A stretch of DNA of 64,000 nt from positions 3,609,101 through 3,673,100 of the forward strand of contig MU057202.1 in assembly GCA_013239625.1 (NCBI GenBank), in the 5' to 3' direction. This stretch comes from Lama guanicoe. Taxonomy: Eukaryota. Under the pieces are notes generated by a model that did no database searches, was not told the DNA's origin, and saw nothing but the letters and a program-made list of their open reading frames with translations. This document shows, one piece after another, positions 1 to 11,485 of this stretch (its first letter is position 1; every line of letters starts with the position of its first letter). A program made the position numbers and the translations under genes.

Positions 1-3000
1 GAAGGAACCCACAGGGTCCTCGACTTCCAGATTGTTCCACCAAGAAACGGGGCCTGCAGTCTGGCCACTCTGCCTTGTCACCTCTGCTTTCCCCACCTTC
101 CTTCTCCCCTGCAGCCGGAATCCATCAGTGCTTCGCCTCAGGGTGTAAAGACCCAGCAGGTCTCTGTGCCTCCCCGGCCTTCCTCTGATGGAAGCTCCAG
201 TCCCAAATGAGTGACGAGAGACAGGACAGCCTACGGCCTCCTGTCTGGCCAGGCTGCCAAGGTCAGTGGCCCGCCTGGGACGTGCCTGGCTGTCTTGCTC
301 TTTACACTGACTGGGTCCCAGACGCTGTAAGCTCGGTGTTAGTTTGCAGGAAACCCACACGTCTGGTAGAGACGTTCGCTCCACTGGCTCCGTCCGGGGC
401 CTCAGGGTGGCGGCCGTCTTCGGGACGGAGCACCCCTGCATCCGCCCTTGACTCTCCTTTATTCCCTGCCTGGCTCCCCCAGCAATGAGGGAGACACAGC
501 TCTGACACGGACTCGTATGTTCATGGGAGAATCACACTGTAACTCTCTGGGATGTTTGGGTTCGCTTTCCTTCCTGCCTTCCCACTTTCTTCTTTTCTCC
601 CTGTCCGCCTATCTATCCACCCCCCAACGTCCATCCGTCTGCCATCCACCTGTTTACATCAGAATTGGAATTCTGAAGAGAGACAGGTGGGTCACTTAAT
701 AACACGCCCATCTGAAGACAAGCTGACGAAGGTCAGCCCTGACAGTTCGATTTTCTGGTGACTTTCCCACCAATCAGGGTGCTAACTCTGCAGCCTCAGG
801 GTTGTCACGAAGACAGTTCCCAAGCACGTGCACAGCACAAGGTACACTGCACACTGGACGCGTCACGACTTCTGACTGTTTATGCCGTGGTGTTTGGATG
901 TTGCAGGCTGGCCCGTGGCACCATCATCTGGGGCCCCGTGTCCTCCTTTGGCTTAGAAGGAGGTTCGTGAAACTGCGTACAAGCCCCTGTCCTTTGAAGG
1001 GAAAGGCTTTTGCTTTAGTCTCCCAGGCCTCTCCTGAGTCTCAGAAGTTAATGGTTAGGAACCGTGAAGTTGTAGAAACAAGCATGGCTGTTGGGGGGGG
1101 GACACTGGCAACAACCGAGACTGAAAACCAGCCACACAGCACAGTCACCGACCTCCCAGGTCCCTGGAAGACACAGATAAAGGCCTGACACACACTCCTC
1201 GGTTGTCTTTGCAGGAAGCAGACCCCTACCAGATAAAAACTGCTGACCGCAAGCGCGTAGACCCCAGAGCGGCTGAAACCGAAAGATTGGGTGATGGTCG
1301 GAACTCCACCTTGATGCCCACCCACCCGAGAACTGAGCACATGCTGATCATGTCCCCTGAAGCCCCTCCCCTCCACGGCCTTTGAAAACCCTCCCTGACA
1401 GCCTCGGGGAGTTGGGGGCTTCTGTGAGCGAGCTGCCTGTCCTCCCTGCTGGGCACCTGCTGTGATCACAGCCGGCTGCCGGAGACTGGCTTTGCTGTGC
1501 GCAGGCAAGTCGTCTTCCTTGCAGGAACGGGGCGGGGGGAGCTCAGCAACCTGCTTCTGTTTACTATTACAACACCCCTCCCGGGACCCCCATGGGGCCT
1601 CTGCCAGGCCCCCACAGACCCCCTGCGCCCCAAGGCCGCTCTGATGCCTGGACAGCCGCCCTGCCCTGCCTGCACAGCCCAGCTGCCGCCCTCTGCAGCC
1701 AGGGCAGCCCCACCGGGCAGACCTCTGGGCCCCAGCTCCAGATCGGCTCGGTCACATGTTCCTGGCCTTGTCAAGGGGAGGACGGGGGTGTCCCCCAGCA
1801 GCTCAGTCTCCTGACCCCTCCAGGGCAGGCTGTGGTGGCCGCCTCTGTGTGGGGAGGCCTGGAGGGGCTCAGCCAGCCAGTGGGCAGACACAAAAGTCCC
1901 CCCAGCAGCCTCTTCCTTCTAGTGTGGTGGAGGGACCGCTCAGAACCCCTTTTCTGGCTTCCTGCAGAGGAGCGGGGTTTCCCAGCGGGAGGCCTCGGGC
2001 CCACGGGCCCACTCATGCCGGACTTTCCACTGCCCAGGTCTCACATTGGAGGCCTCCCCAGAACGCAGACAGAGCAGGAGCAGGGCTGGGGTCGGGGGAG
2101 GGGCGCCATGAGTGCAGCGCAGAGCGGAGCAGGGTGGCGGGACACACCATCCAGCCTCTCCCCCCATCATCACTGCTGCACTCCCCATCACAGCCTCACC
2201 TGGGATGACGGCTGAGCCCACGTGCAGAAGGGGTAGGACTAGGTGGGCCAAGGTCCCTCGCACTCGGTGCCCAGGTGCCAGCGCCCCACTCCCGCTCACT
2301 GCCCCCGCCGGCGCTAGTTTCCGCGATCAGGGCCCCCCCTGGGAGCCATGTGCCGGCATGACCTCCAGAAACAGCGCACACCATGGCTGGACACTCAGGT
2401 ACCAAAGGCCTTTCTCAACTGGAGCCCAGAGGGGTCTCTTCGTAGCCCCCTCGCCGCCTGCTTAGGCTCATGGGGCTCAGGGACAAGGCGGCGCCACCTG
2501 CGCCGGTGCCGAGTTACCGATTATGCGGAGAGAAAACCTGAAATTGCAAAAGGATGCTTAGAATGTGTTGCTTTCATGGAACAACCGAAAACACAGAAAA
2601 CCACGATGTCTCCGGGAAAGACATGCAGATAAAAGTCCGACATCGGCCCCCCTGCGCAGACGAGGACATGGGCCGGGGCTGGGGGGCCTGGCCTGCAGGG
2701 CACCCGAGCTGGGTCCGGCCCGGCAGTCTGATTTCTGTGGTTTCTGACGCCGTGGCTCCGCCCCAGGGTGGGGCAGCCGCCGAGGGCGGGGGCACCAAAT
2801 CGACAACCCCTTTTACTGCGAAGCGGAGGTGAGGGGGAGCGGGCTCTGGAGCGAAGCTGCCTGGGGTGGGGCTTTCCTCGCGTGGGCGAATTCTTTCACA
2901 GTTTAAATCAAAGATGGGCCCTGAGTCAGGGGAATGGCAGGACCGGGGAGCACAACTGGGGCCTGTCCCCTCTGTCTCCTGGGTCCTGGGGCTCAGCACC

Positions 3001-5389
3001 CAGGCCAGCAGGCCTGGCCATGAGCCATGTGTGAAACGTCCCCTGCTCTGGCCACCAGAGAGGAGGAGCATGGAGAAACAGTGACACTGGCTTTAACGCT
3101 GTGTTCTGTTCCATCTGATCTCTCTGAAGTGGAAATAATTCCACATGTATTCAAGTTAAAGAGAGTTAAGGTATTTTTCATCCTGTTTTTGCCCACAGAT
3201 TTGAAATCTCAGGCCAGGGTGGCACCTTATGGACTGGCAGCCCCAGATGGTGGCAGGGCTTCGGGGCCACCCAGCCTTGTCCACACGGGGCAGGGGCAGG
3301 TGGTGACCTGAGTGAGGCTCGGGGGCGCGTCGTGGTGGTGGGTGAGGAGAGCAGTCCAGACCTTGGACGCTCGTCCGAAAGTGGGTGGTGTGGCGGGCGG
3401 GCCGGCGGGACTGGTCCAGCTGTGTCTGGGTCGCCGAGGGATGGGGCTCGGGGAAGCACCTGGCTGTTTCGGTTTCCACAGGAAGCTGCCTGTTCCCATC
3501 TCCCCTCCACCAGCTGTGCAGCCCCGGGTGGGGGCCCCGCCCGGAGAGCCCCCCAGGTGGGGACAGCCCCTCGTGCTGCAGACGAGGAAGCCTGGGCTAA
3601 GGGCCACGGCCAAGTGGGGACCCCCCAGCTGGCCTCCCAGGCCTTGGGGACAGGGTGCTGCACACCTGGGGCCATGAACAGAAACGATACTCTTCTGACT
3701 TGCAGTTTTTGTCACCTGCTTTTAGAATGTGTGGTTCCAACCCTGGGTCTAGAAAATGCCGTGGTGGTGGAGGGGTGGGGATGGATCGGACGTCTGTCTG
3801 TCTGTCTGTCTGTCCAAGCCTGAGGGAACACCAATGCAGCACCCTCCTCAGGCCCCTGAGAGACAGGAGGGACAGGGCAGAAGCCGGTGCCCGGAGCCTC
3901 CTGGTCTCCAGGCTGAGGTGCTGCCCTGCGACCCACTGGGCAGATTGTGGCCTCTCTGAGCACCAGGGCCTGAGTGCTGGGGTCCCGTGTCCTGGCCTGG
4001 TGGCTTGTTTGGAGTGGGCCTGGGAACCTTGGGCCTTTCCCTTAGTAAGAGAGCGCAGTGTGAGAAGACCCCCGTAGCCCCAGCCCTTCTGAGCCTCGAA
4101 CGAGCCAGCTGGGCTGTCAGGCTGGCGTCCGAGGGACCCAGCAGCCTGGAGCAAGGTGCCCCTCCTGCTGGCCGTCCTCCTCCTCCCCTCCTTTCCCAGG
4201 GCCTGTGAAGTCGGGGCTTTCCACGACACTCAGAATGCACCCCAATTTGGGAGGGAAGGGGGAAGCTCCAGGAGCCTGAGGGTGGGAACCCTCGTTCCTC
4301 TCACAGGGCCCTCCTAGCCCGGCAAGTGGCCTTGGCCAGGGAGGGCGTGCAGGCCAGAGTCCCAGCAAGGTCCCAGGAGCAGGGAGAAAGCCGGGCCTGG
4401 GCCAGGGGTCCTCCCTTACTACCCCTCAGCCTCTCGGGGGCTGGCTCTCATCTCATGTCACAGACAAAGGCCCAAGCCTGCGGGGCCCTCGGGCAATGAT
4501 GGAGCCGGCTTCCAGCCCAGCCCTCCCCCCACAGCCATGATGTGGTCCAACCCACTTCCCTGGCCACAGCAAACTGAGATGGAGGTTTCGGGGAGATGGG
4601 CCCCTACTCAGAGGGCTCATCCTCGGCGTGGCGTCCCCCCACCTCCTGTCCGCCTCGGGCCTCCTCACCCCGCACCACACGTCCTCTCCGCTGTGTTTGT
4701 GAAGCCCTCTGGGACCAGGGAAGGGGCACTGCCAGTGTGAAGGCCGGACCCCGGGCCTTGTCCTCCGCCCAGGCAGAGGACACCACAGACACTGGCTACG
4801 TCATTAGGGCAAGGACGGGTCATCCGCCCGGCCTGAGGGGCTGTGACCGGGCTGAGCCCCACCCTCTGCCATCTAATGTGGGCACCTTCGGCCCGGCCTC
4901 CCTCCAGGCTGTGAGCCCCACGGAGCAGGTGGCCCGACGCTGCTTCCTGTCAGGAAGGGACCCTTTCTGCACCTGCAGAGTGTAAGCCCCACCCAGCGGC
5001 CCACACCCTCCTCGGACCCTCAGTGGCTCGAGTAGGCACTCAGAGTCTGCGTGCACACGGACAACAGGTTATTAACCGGAGGCAGGGCTGGCCCACTCCT
5101 CCAGAGGCTTCAAAGCTGCCCCCACAGACGGCCCACCCGACGGCCCCACCAGGCAGGCAGCCCCACCAGCCTCCGCGGGGGAGGCACCCCATCTCGGTGT
5201 CAGCCGGGGCGCCCGGCAGCACCTGCCTCGGGGTCCCGAGCGTGGAGCAGCAGACCCCACTGTAGGCTCTCGCAGGGCTGCCGGGTGTGGCTCCCACATG
5301 GGGAGTGGTGGGCGCAGAGCCTGAAGCCCCAGCTGGGCCGTGTTTCCTCCCGGGGAGGGCAGCAGGCAGACAGGAAGGCCCCGGGCCTG

Positions 5390-5490
5390 CCAGTGACTGA
5401 CCGTGCGACCTCGGGTAGGTCTCTTGACCTCTCTGATTTGTCCTCATCTCTACAGCCAGGTCAATGACATATTTGAAGGGTTATTGGGTT
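5390..5490 (+). mobile_element. MIR SINE fragment
   Basis: gtgcgacctcgggtaggtctcttgacctctctga...tcctcatctctac resembles the MIR core (TGTGACCTTGGGCAAGT...CCTCTCTG...TTCCTCATCTGTAAA); degraded. Confidence 0.55.
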
Positions 5491-8400
5491 GAGGCTGTGC
5501 CCAGGGACAGGAAGGAGTCCGGCGTGGGGTTGCCCGTCCCCCGGTCCCCGCCCTCCAGGGCCTGAGAGAGACATGGGGCAGCAGCCTCACAGGCCGCTCC
5601 TGTGTCCTGACTGTTGCTGCCCCCATGCTGCATCTCAAGGTCATGGTCCCCTTGGGAGACCTGTGCTGTCCAAGGGGCAGGCCTCCTGGTGCACAGCCCA
5701 CTCGCCACCTGAGGATTGCCCAGCCCCAAGCAGTGCCACTGAGCCCTCTGGCCTGGAGGGGAGGTGGCCGCATCTGGGGAGCAACTCTGCCATCTGCTCC
5801 CTCGGATGACAGCCCGACACCCGGCCCTCAGGCTCCAGAGCTGGGGGTGTGTGTGCAGGCACAGTGGGCACAGGGACAGGGGCAGAAAGGGGCCGTCAGC
5901 CGGTCAGGATTTCCAAGGCGACAGCACTCACCATGCTGGCGGGAGGCACCTGCCCCCTCCCTGCAGTCAGGTCACCCTGGGCTGTCGCCTCCCAGCCCTT
6001 CCCTGACCTTCCCTGGAAGTGCTGTTTGAGAGCGAGCTGGCTCTGGGCGGGGAAGCTCTCACCAGACACCGAGTCTGCGGGCAGCCTGACCTTGGCTGGC
6101 CGGCCTCCCCCCCGTGTGTGAGCCCTCGCACCATCCCGGCCTCAGGCTGCAGCGGAGGGGACCCCGGTTCCCGTGAGGATGCCTTGGGCTGGAAGGGACT
6201 GAGGGGGCCGCCTGGTCCTTGTCCCTAGGCCCAGGTCCAACTCAGCTCTCTGTGTGACCCAGTAGGTCGCTAGGACGCTCCCTGTCTCTGGGCCTCAGGT
6301 CCTGTCTGACAGCGGCTATGATGATAAACGGAGGACCCGCCACGCACTGCGGTCAGCAGGCGCGCCATGTGCGGGGCGGCCGAGTGGTCTGCACAAGGGA
6401 TGTGTTCATCCAGCAAGTGCCGGGCAGCAGGGCAGCACCACTCTGGGTGCTGAGGGGGCCGCAGCAGGCAGAGGGCGGGGCCGCGCAGGGAGGCAGCTGG
6501 TAGACAGACAGGTGACCTTGCAAAATGCCCAGTGTTCAGATAGAATCATAAACGGAAGGAGAAAGCTGCAGCGGGAACGGACCAGGCACGTGTGGTGGGG
6601 GCTGCAGCTGGAGGGAGGGCCGAGGGGAGGCGGTGGGGTGGGGGAGCCATGCAGACCCTCGGGGGGAGGTTCGCGGGGAGGAACTGTCACCCGAGCGGGG
6701 GTGCCTGGGGGAGCCAGGCCCGGCTGGAGAGCAGGGAGAGGGGTCAGCACAGGAGGTGGGCGGAGGGGAGAAGCCCTGGGGGAGATGGGGTCAGACTTGC
6801 TGTTTCCTGGGCTTGCTCTGACGTAATGACAAAGCGATGCCCCAAAGCGCCACGAGAAGCATCTGCTCTGCTCCCTGAAAAACTCTTGGATGGGGTTGCC
6901 ACTGACGCTTCCTCCCGCCTGGGCTGCCCTCTGACGGTCGCCGACTTCCCCCCACCCCAGGCTTGCCCGCTGGAAAGCATATGAGGTGTTTTCATGATGA
7001 GGGTTCCATCAGCACCACCGCAGTCCCACCTCTGGCCCGTGAAGGACATGAGTGAGCCTAAGTCCAGGGGTGGCCCCTCTTTTCCCCTCCCCACAGCTGC
7101 CCTGCTCCCCCCAAACCCATCCGAGTGGCTGTCTCTGGCAAGGAGCGCTGGCCGGGTTCCAACCAGCTCAGCCTCTCCCGGGCTGTGACTCCCCTGCGAA
7201 GTGAAGGCTTATGAGGTTAACACCAAGGCCTTTCTTCGCAGTTAAGATGCTTTGAGAAGTGAAAGTCTTCCTTGCCTCCTTCAGCCGCCCCCGCGGAACC
7301 ACTTCCTTCAGGAAGCTGGCCCGGATTGCACCCTGACCCCTGGGGATTGCACCCTGCCCTGTGGTTCTGCCTTCCAAGCCTCTGGTTTGCTGTTGGGTGG
7401 GTGGGGAGGACATGGGTATCCAGTGTCCTCTGCTGGCCGCCCCAGGAGTCTTGCCCCACAGGCTTGTGTGATGGGGATGGTGTGGAAACTGCAGGTCTCA
7501 GGGAAAGAACGTCCCACAGTTAGCTGGTGGGGGGAAGGGGAGCCCCATTCTCCCCCGGACCTGGGCTGCAGCACAGTCCTCACTCCCCAGACTTACTGTT
7601 GGTCCCGACACAGGCCTCGTGGGACAGAGGCTCAGTGCAGAGCCTCCATTTGCCCCAGAGCCACACCCCCTTCTCCTGTGCTCTGTGCCCTGAAGGCTGG
7701 CTTGGGGTGTTCAGGGGGCCTCAGGTGATGGGGGGCAAGAGGAGAGGGGTGAACATTCGTCCTGCCGTCTGTCCACTGTCTGGAGAGCTTCCCGACTCCC
7801 TGGTCGGCCACAGTGTCCCCTCCTCTCCCCAGCCCTCTCTTAGCTCCTTCCTCTTCCCCACTCTTCATCCCTCAGTCCAGGAGGTAACAGCTCCCAGATT
7901 TCTGTGCTGTCCTGGCCGCTCTGTTTGACCTTTGTCAGTGGTTCCTCATCAAGCATCCACACTCCGTTGCCCCGTGGTTGTGTTGCCAGTTTCCTGCCAG
8001 GACCCACTGTTCTGCAGGGCTTCTGGGCTGCCCTTCTACCCTCTATGGGCCCCCATGCCCGTCTGGCCCTGCATCCATCCTGCAGGGTCAGCAGACTGGG
8101 GCTCAATCACACCTCTGCTCTTGCCTGCTGTGTGCCCCTCAGAACCTCAGTATCTTCTTCAGCGACGGCAGGCACAGCAGCATGTGGGGCTTGGCCGCCC
8201 TGAGCCGCGACCTGACACAGGCGACTCCAGTGTTCTGTGGTCAACCAGAGGGGGAGCGGGAGGTGGAGACAGGCTGGCAGGGCGAGCAGAGCAGGGACAG
8301 GATTGCCGCCCTGCATGGAGCGACGGTCCAGAAGAAATCAAACGAACAAGCACTCACAGTGCTTCACGCAGACACGCGGGTGGACGGCCACCACGGGGCT

Positions 8401-8754
8401 CTGTCCTCGGTCCTGCACTCAGAGCGGGGCTGTGAACTCCGACGCCCTCCTGGGCACACTCCTACCCTAGATGGCCTGGGACTCCTTGTGTGAACGCATC
8501 AGTGTCCACAGCTGACCATCTCCCGACAGGCCCAGGGGCCTCAGCTGTGTAGAAAGTGGGGCAGTGGGTGATTGGGGCAGAGACCATGAGGGCTTCTGGT
8601 AGCCTGGCTCCCCTCTTGCACCCTGTGGCCCTGGAGGCCACGTGCCCAAGCCCTCGCCGTGACTGACAGACACAGCTTGCAGGCTCTGGGTCCCCTCCCT
8701 CCAGTTCTGCTGCCTGGAAAGCAGACAGGACGGTTGGAGCTCTGGGTGACTGGG

Positions 8755-9050
8755 GTCACTGTAAATCCAAAGGCAAGTGTCCTCATTGGAAGAGGAGAGG
8801 ACACAGAGACACAGAAGGGAAGCCATGTGGAGATGGGGACAGGCTGGGGAGCTGCGGCACAGCCAAGGACGCCCGGAGCCCCCAGGAGCGGGCAGAGGCA
8901 GGAGGGACCCTCCCCCGAGCCCCCGGAGGGAGGGGGTCCTGCCCACATGCGGGTTTCAGACTCTGGCCTCCAGACCGGGCGGGAGTGGACTTCTCTTGTT
9001 GTAAGCCGCCTGGTTTGTGGTATTTTGTTAGTGGCCCCAGAGCATTGACA
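8755..9050 (+). mobile_element. MLT1-family (ERVL-MaLR) solo LTR, MLT1B/C-like
   Basis: Collinear with remembered MLT1 consensus blocks: taaatccaa...gtgtcctcat...gaagaggagaggacacagagacacag...gccatgtg...agccaagga...tggcctccaga...taagccgcctggtttgtggtattttgtta. Confidence 0.85.
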
Positions 9051-10283
9051 CAGCAGGGAAGGGCATTCCAGGCAGAGAGCGTTCCAGAGAAGACCATGCA
9101 GCTGGGGCAGCTGAAGGCGGAGGAGGAGGCTGGAGGATGGAGGGTGAGGCGCTCGGTGACAGCACTGACCTCTGAACCCCGGCCTGCCTTCAGCCCTCCT
9201 CACGGGACTGGGTCCTCCCTGGACCTTACCCAGTGCCCTCTAACACCCCAGCTGTCTCTGCCTGGACTCCTCTGGGGATGGGACACTCACTGTCTCGCTG
9301 GCCATGCTTCAGCTGAAATCTGCCACCTGGGCCCCACTGTCCCTCTCCTGTGACACTGAACAGGCCTGACTCAGTTTCTCCCTGGAGTGGTCAGATGACA
9401 TTGCCCCCAAGGCCCCTCTGCTTCAGGCACCGCTGTCAGTGTCCCAGCCCCCACCTCATTTGTGGGGGCCCAGCGCCCAGAGCACACAGTCAGCACCTCA
9501 GAAACCCGAGTGCAGTGAATGCTCCCCTAAATGGCGCCGCTGCCTCCCGGCCATGCCGCAGGGCTCCCACCACGCTGTGGGTGCCAGAGTGATCCCGTCC
9601 TCTGCCACGATGGGGCTGGGCAGTCCGGGTCCCCACCCTCGGCCCCTGCCCTCCCCCCAGCAGGAGGGCAGCGCAGCCAAGCCCTGTGCATTCGCCCTCA
9701 GACAGAGCAGCTCTCTTATGTCAGCTCTAAAAGCTTTACTTCCTACTGCTCTTTGTGCAGTTTAGAGCTGCCTGGACCCTAGCGGACTCTCAGAGTTTCT
9801 CGTGCACTCGCAGGAAGCCTGCACGGCGGAGCAGCGCTGCCGGTGGCCTGCCCTGGATTCCAGGCCCCTGGCCCCCAAGGCTGTCCCCAGCCCAGCCTAC
9901 CCGGCCACTTCCATCGTGGTGGTGTCTGGCGGTAAGGCCCAGCATGTGACCCCCGGAGGAGCCTGGGGAGCAGGATGTCTCCCGTGTGCCTGTGCCCACC
10001 CCACGAGGCCAGGTACCTTAGAGAAGATGGGCCACGAGCTCCTAAAAGCCAGAGGGCCCAGAACCGGGACCCTGTGCCCAGGCGAGCCCTTATCCCAACT
10101 CACTAGCCAAATGCTCATTGCTTTCCCTCCTCCAGTTGAAGCCTCCAAGTGAGAAGTACCCTCTTCGGGGGGCTGGAGCTGTGTGTCAGAGGTCCACCCA
10201 GACCATCTGCTCCAGGCACCTGCACCTGACAAACACCGCGGGTGTCATTGCAAGCATAGCAGCACACCTCCTGGCCTCAGACC

Positions 10284-10390
10284 CCTTCCACGGCTGACAC
10301 CCTCCGTCCACACACAACGCCTTCCACGGCTGACACCCGCCATCCACACACAACGCCTTCCATGGCTGACACTCGCCGTCCACACACAAC
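10284..10390. repeat. 36-bp minisatellite, 3 copies
   Basis: Units start at 10284, 10320 and 10356; first unit ccttccacggctgacaccctccgtccacacacaacg, a few substitutions per copy. Confidence 0.95.
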
Positions 10391-10494
10391 AGCATCTGGC
10401 AGCTCTCACGCACCCCCACCTGCCTCCCCACTCCCTCCCCGGCTTTTGAGAGCTGCTCCTTGACCCCTTCAGGGAGCAGAAGGACAGAGCTTGA

Positions 10495-10585
10495 CACCCG
10501 GGGAAACTGAGGCCCAGATGAGGAGGGGCTGGCCCCAGGTCACAGCAGCAAGCGACAGAACCGGGCTGCCGATTCCAGGACAGTA
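10495..10585 (-). mobile_element. MIR SINE fragment
   Basis: ggggaaactgaggcccaga...ccccaggtcacagcagc...agaaccggg is the reverse-complement MIR core. Confidence 0.75.
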
Positions 10586-11485
10586 GGGTGAGGGGGCTAC
10601 CCCAGGAAAGGAGGGGGCGGCTGTGTAGTGCCCAGCTGGAGGTGGACAGGACCAGAGCCACTGGCTAGCCCGAAGGCAGGATGACCACGTCCCAGGGCCC
10701 GTGACTGGCCCCTCCCTGAAGACATTTTTGAATCACCCACACTTGGGAGAAGCCAAAGCCAACAGCATGTTTGCTTTGGTGTGGAAAGGTGGCCTTCTAG
10801 TCTTGGACGTGCTGAGGTGCCTGACGGAGCCCGCGTAGGGGGCTGGCCCGCGGGTCCCTGGACGGGGCAGGTGGGGACCTGCTCAGGAGAGGAAGTCCCT
10901 CTGCAGACAAGGCAGAGCTGTCTGGGGTTGGGGTGATGGGCACGCTTGCACCCTGGACGTGACTGTCCCAGTGAGACTGGGACTGTGTGTTCCCGGCCTG
11001 GGGCCACGTGGCCATGGGCTGGGGAGCCGGGCCACCTGCCTGTAGCTATGCTGGCCCCTTGAGTCCTGGGAGAGCCAGGCAGGTGACCTTGCAGCTGGGG
11101 TCGGGGGTGTCAGGGAGGGCGGCAGCCACCTGCACTCCAGAGTCATCAGCCCACGGGAGGCCCTCCCTGTGTGACCGCATCTCCCTGGCCCTGGCTCCAG
11201 AGGGTGGGGGCCCTGGCAGGGATGGCCGCTTCTTGGTGGGGGCTGGGGCAGGGTGGGGTCCTGGACCATCGTCACTCACTCCCAGGGCCCTGGACCAGGC
11301 CCTCTCCTTCTGGCCTCAGTTTCCTCATCCAACCTGCAAGTCTCAAGGATCCCACATCCGGCTGCACACCCTCTCCCTGGCCGACTCGTGGGACCCTGCT
11401 CCCTGAGATCAGAGCCCACCCCTCTTAGATGGCCCCGGGCAGCCCCCGCCTCCAGCACTTGCTCTGGGTGGGGCCCGCAGCTGGC

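Noticed and set aside
1974-4222. NF-kB-like sites (1974, 2868, 4213)
   Set aside because: Degenerate GC-rich motif expected many times by chance in this composition
6923-6937. CTCF-like motifs (also about 57036 and 61858)
   Set aside because: Imperfect matches are common in GC-rich DNA and cannot be supported without PWM scoring or ChIP
9722-9770. 10-bp inverted repeat cagctctaaa...tttagagctg as a miRNA or MITE
   Set aside because: Stem does not extend; such pairs are expected by chance in 64 kb
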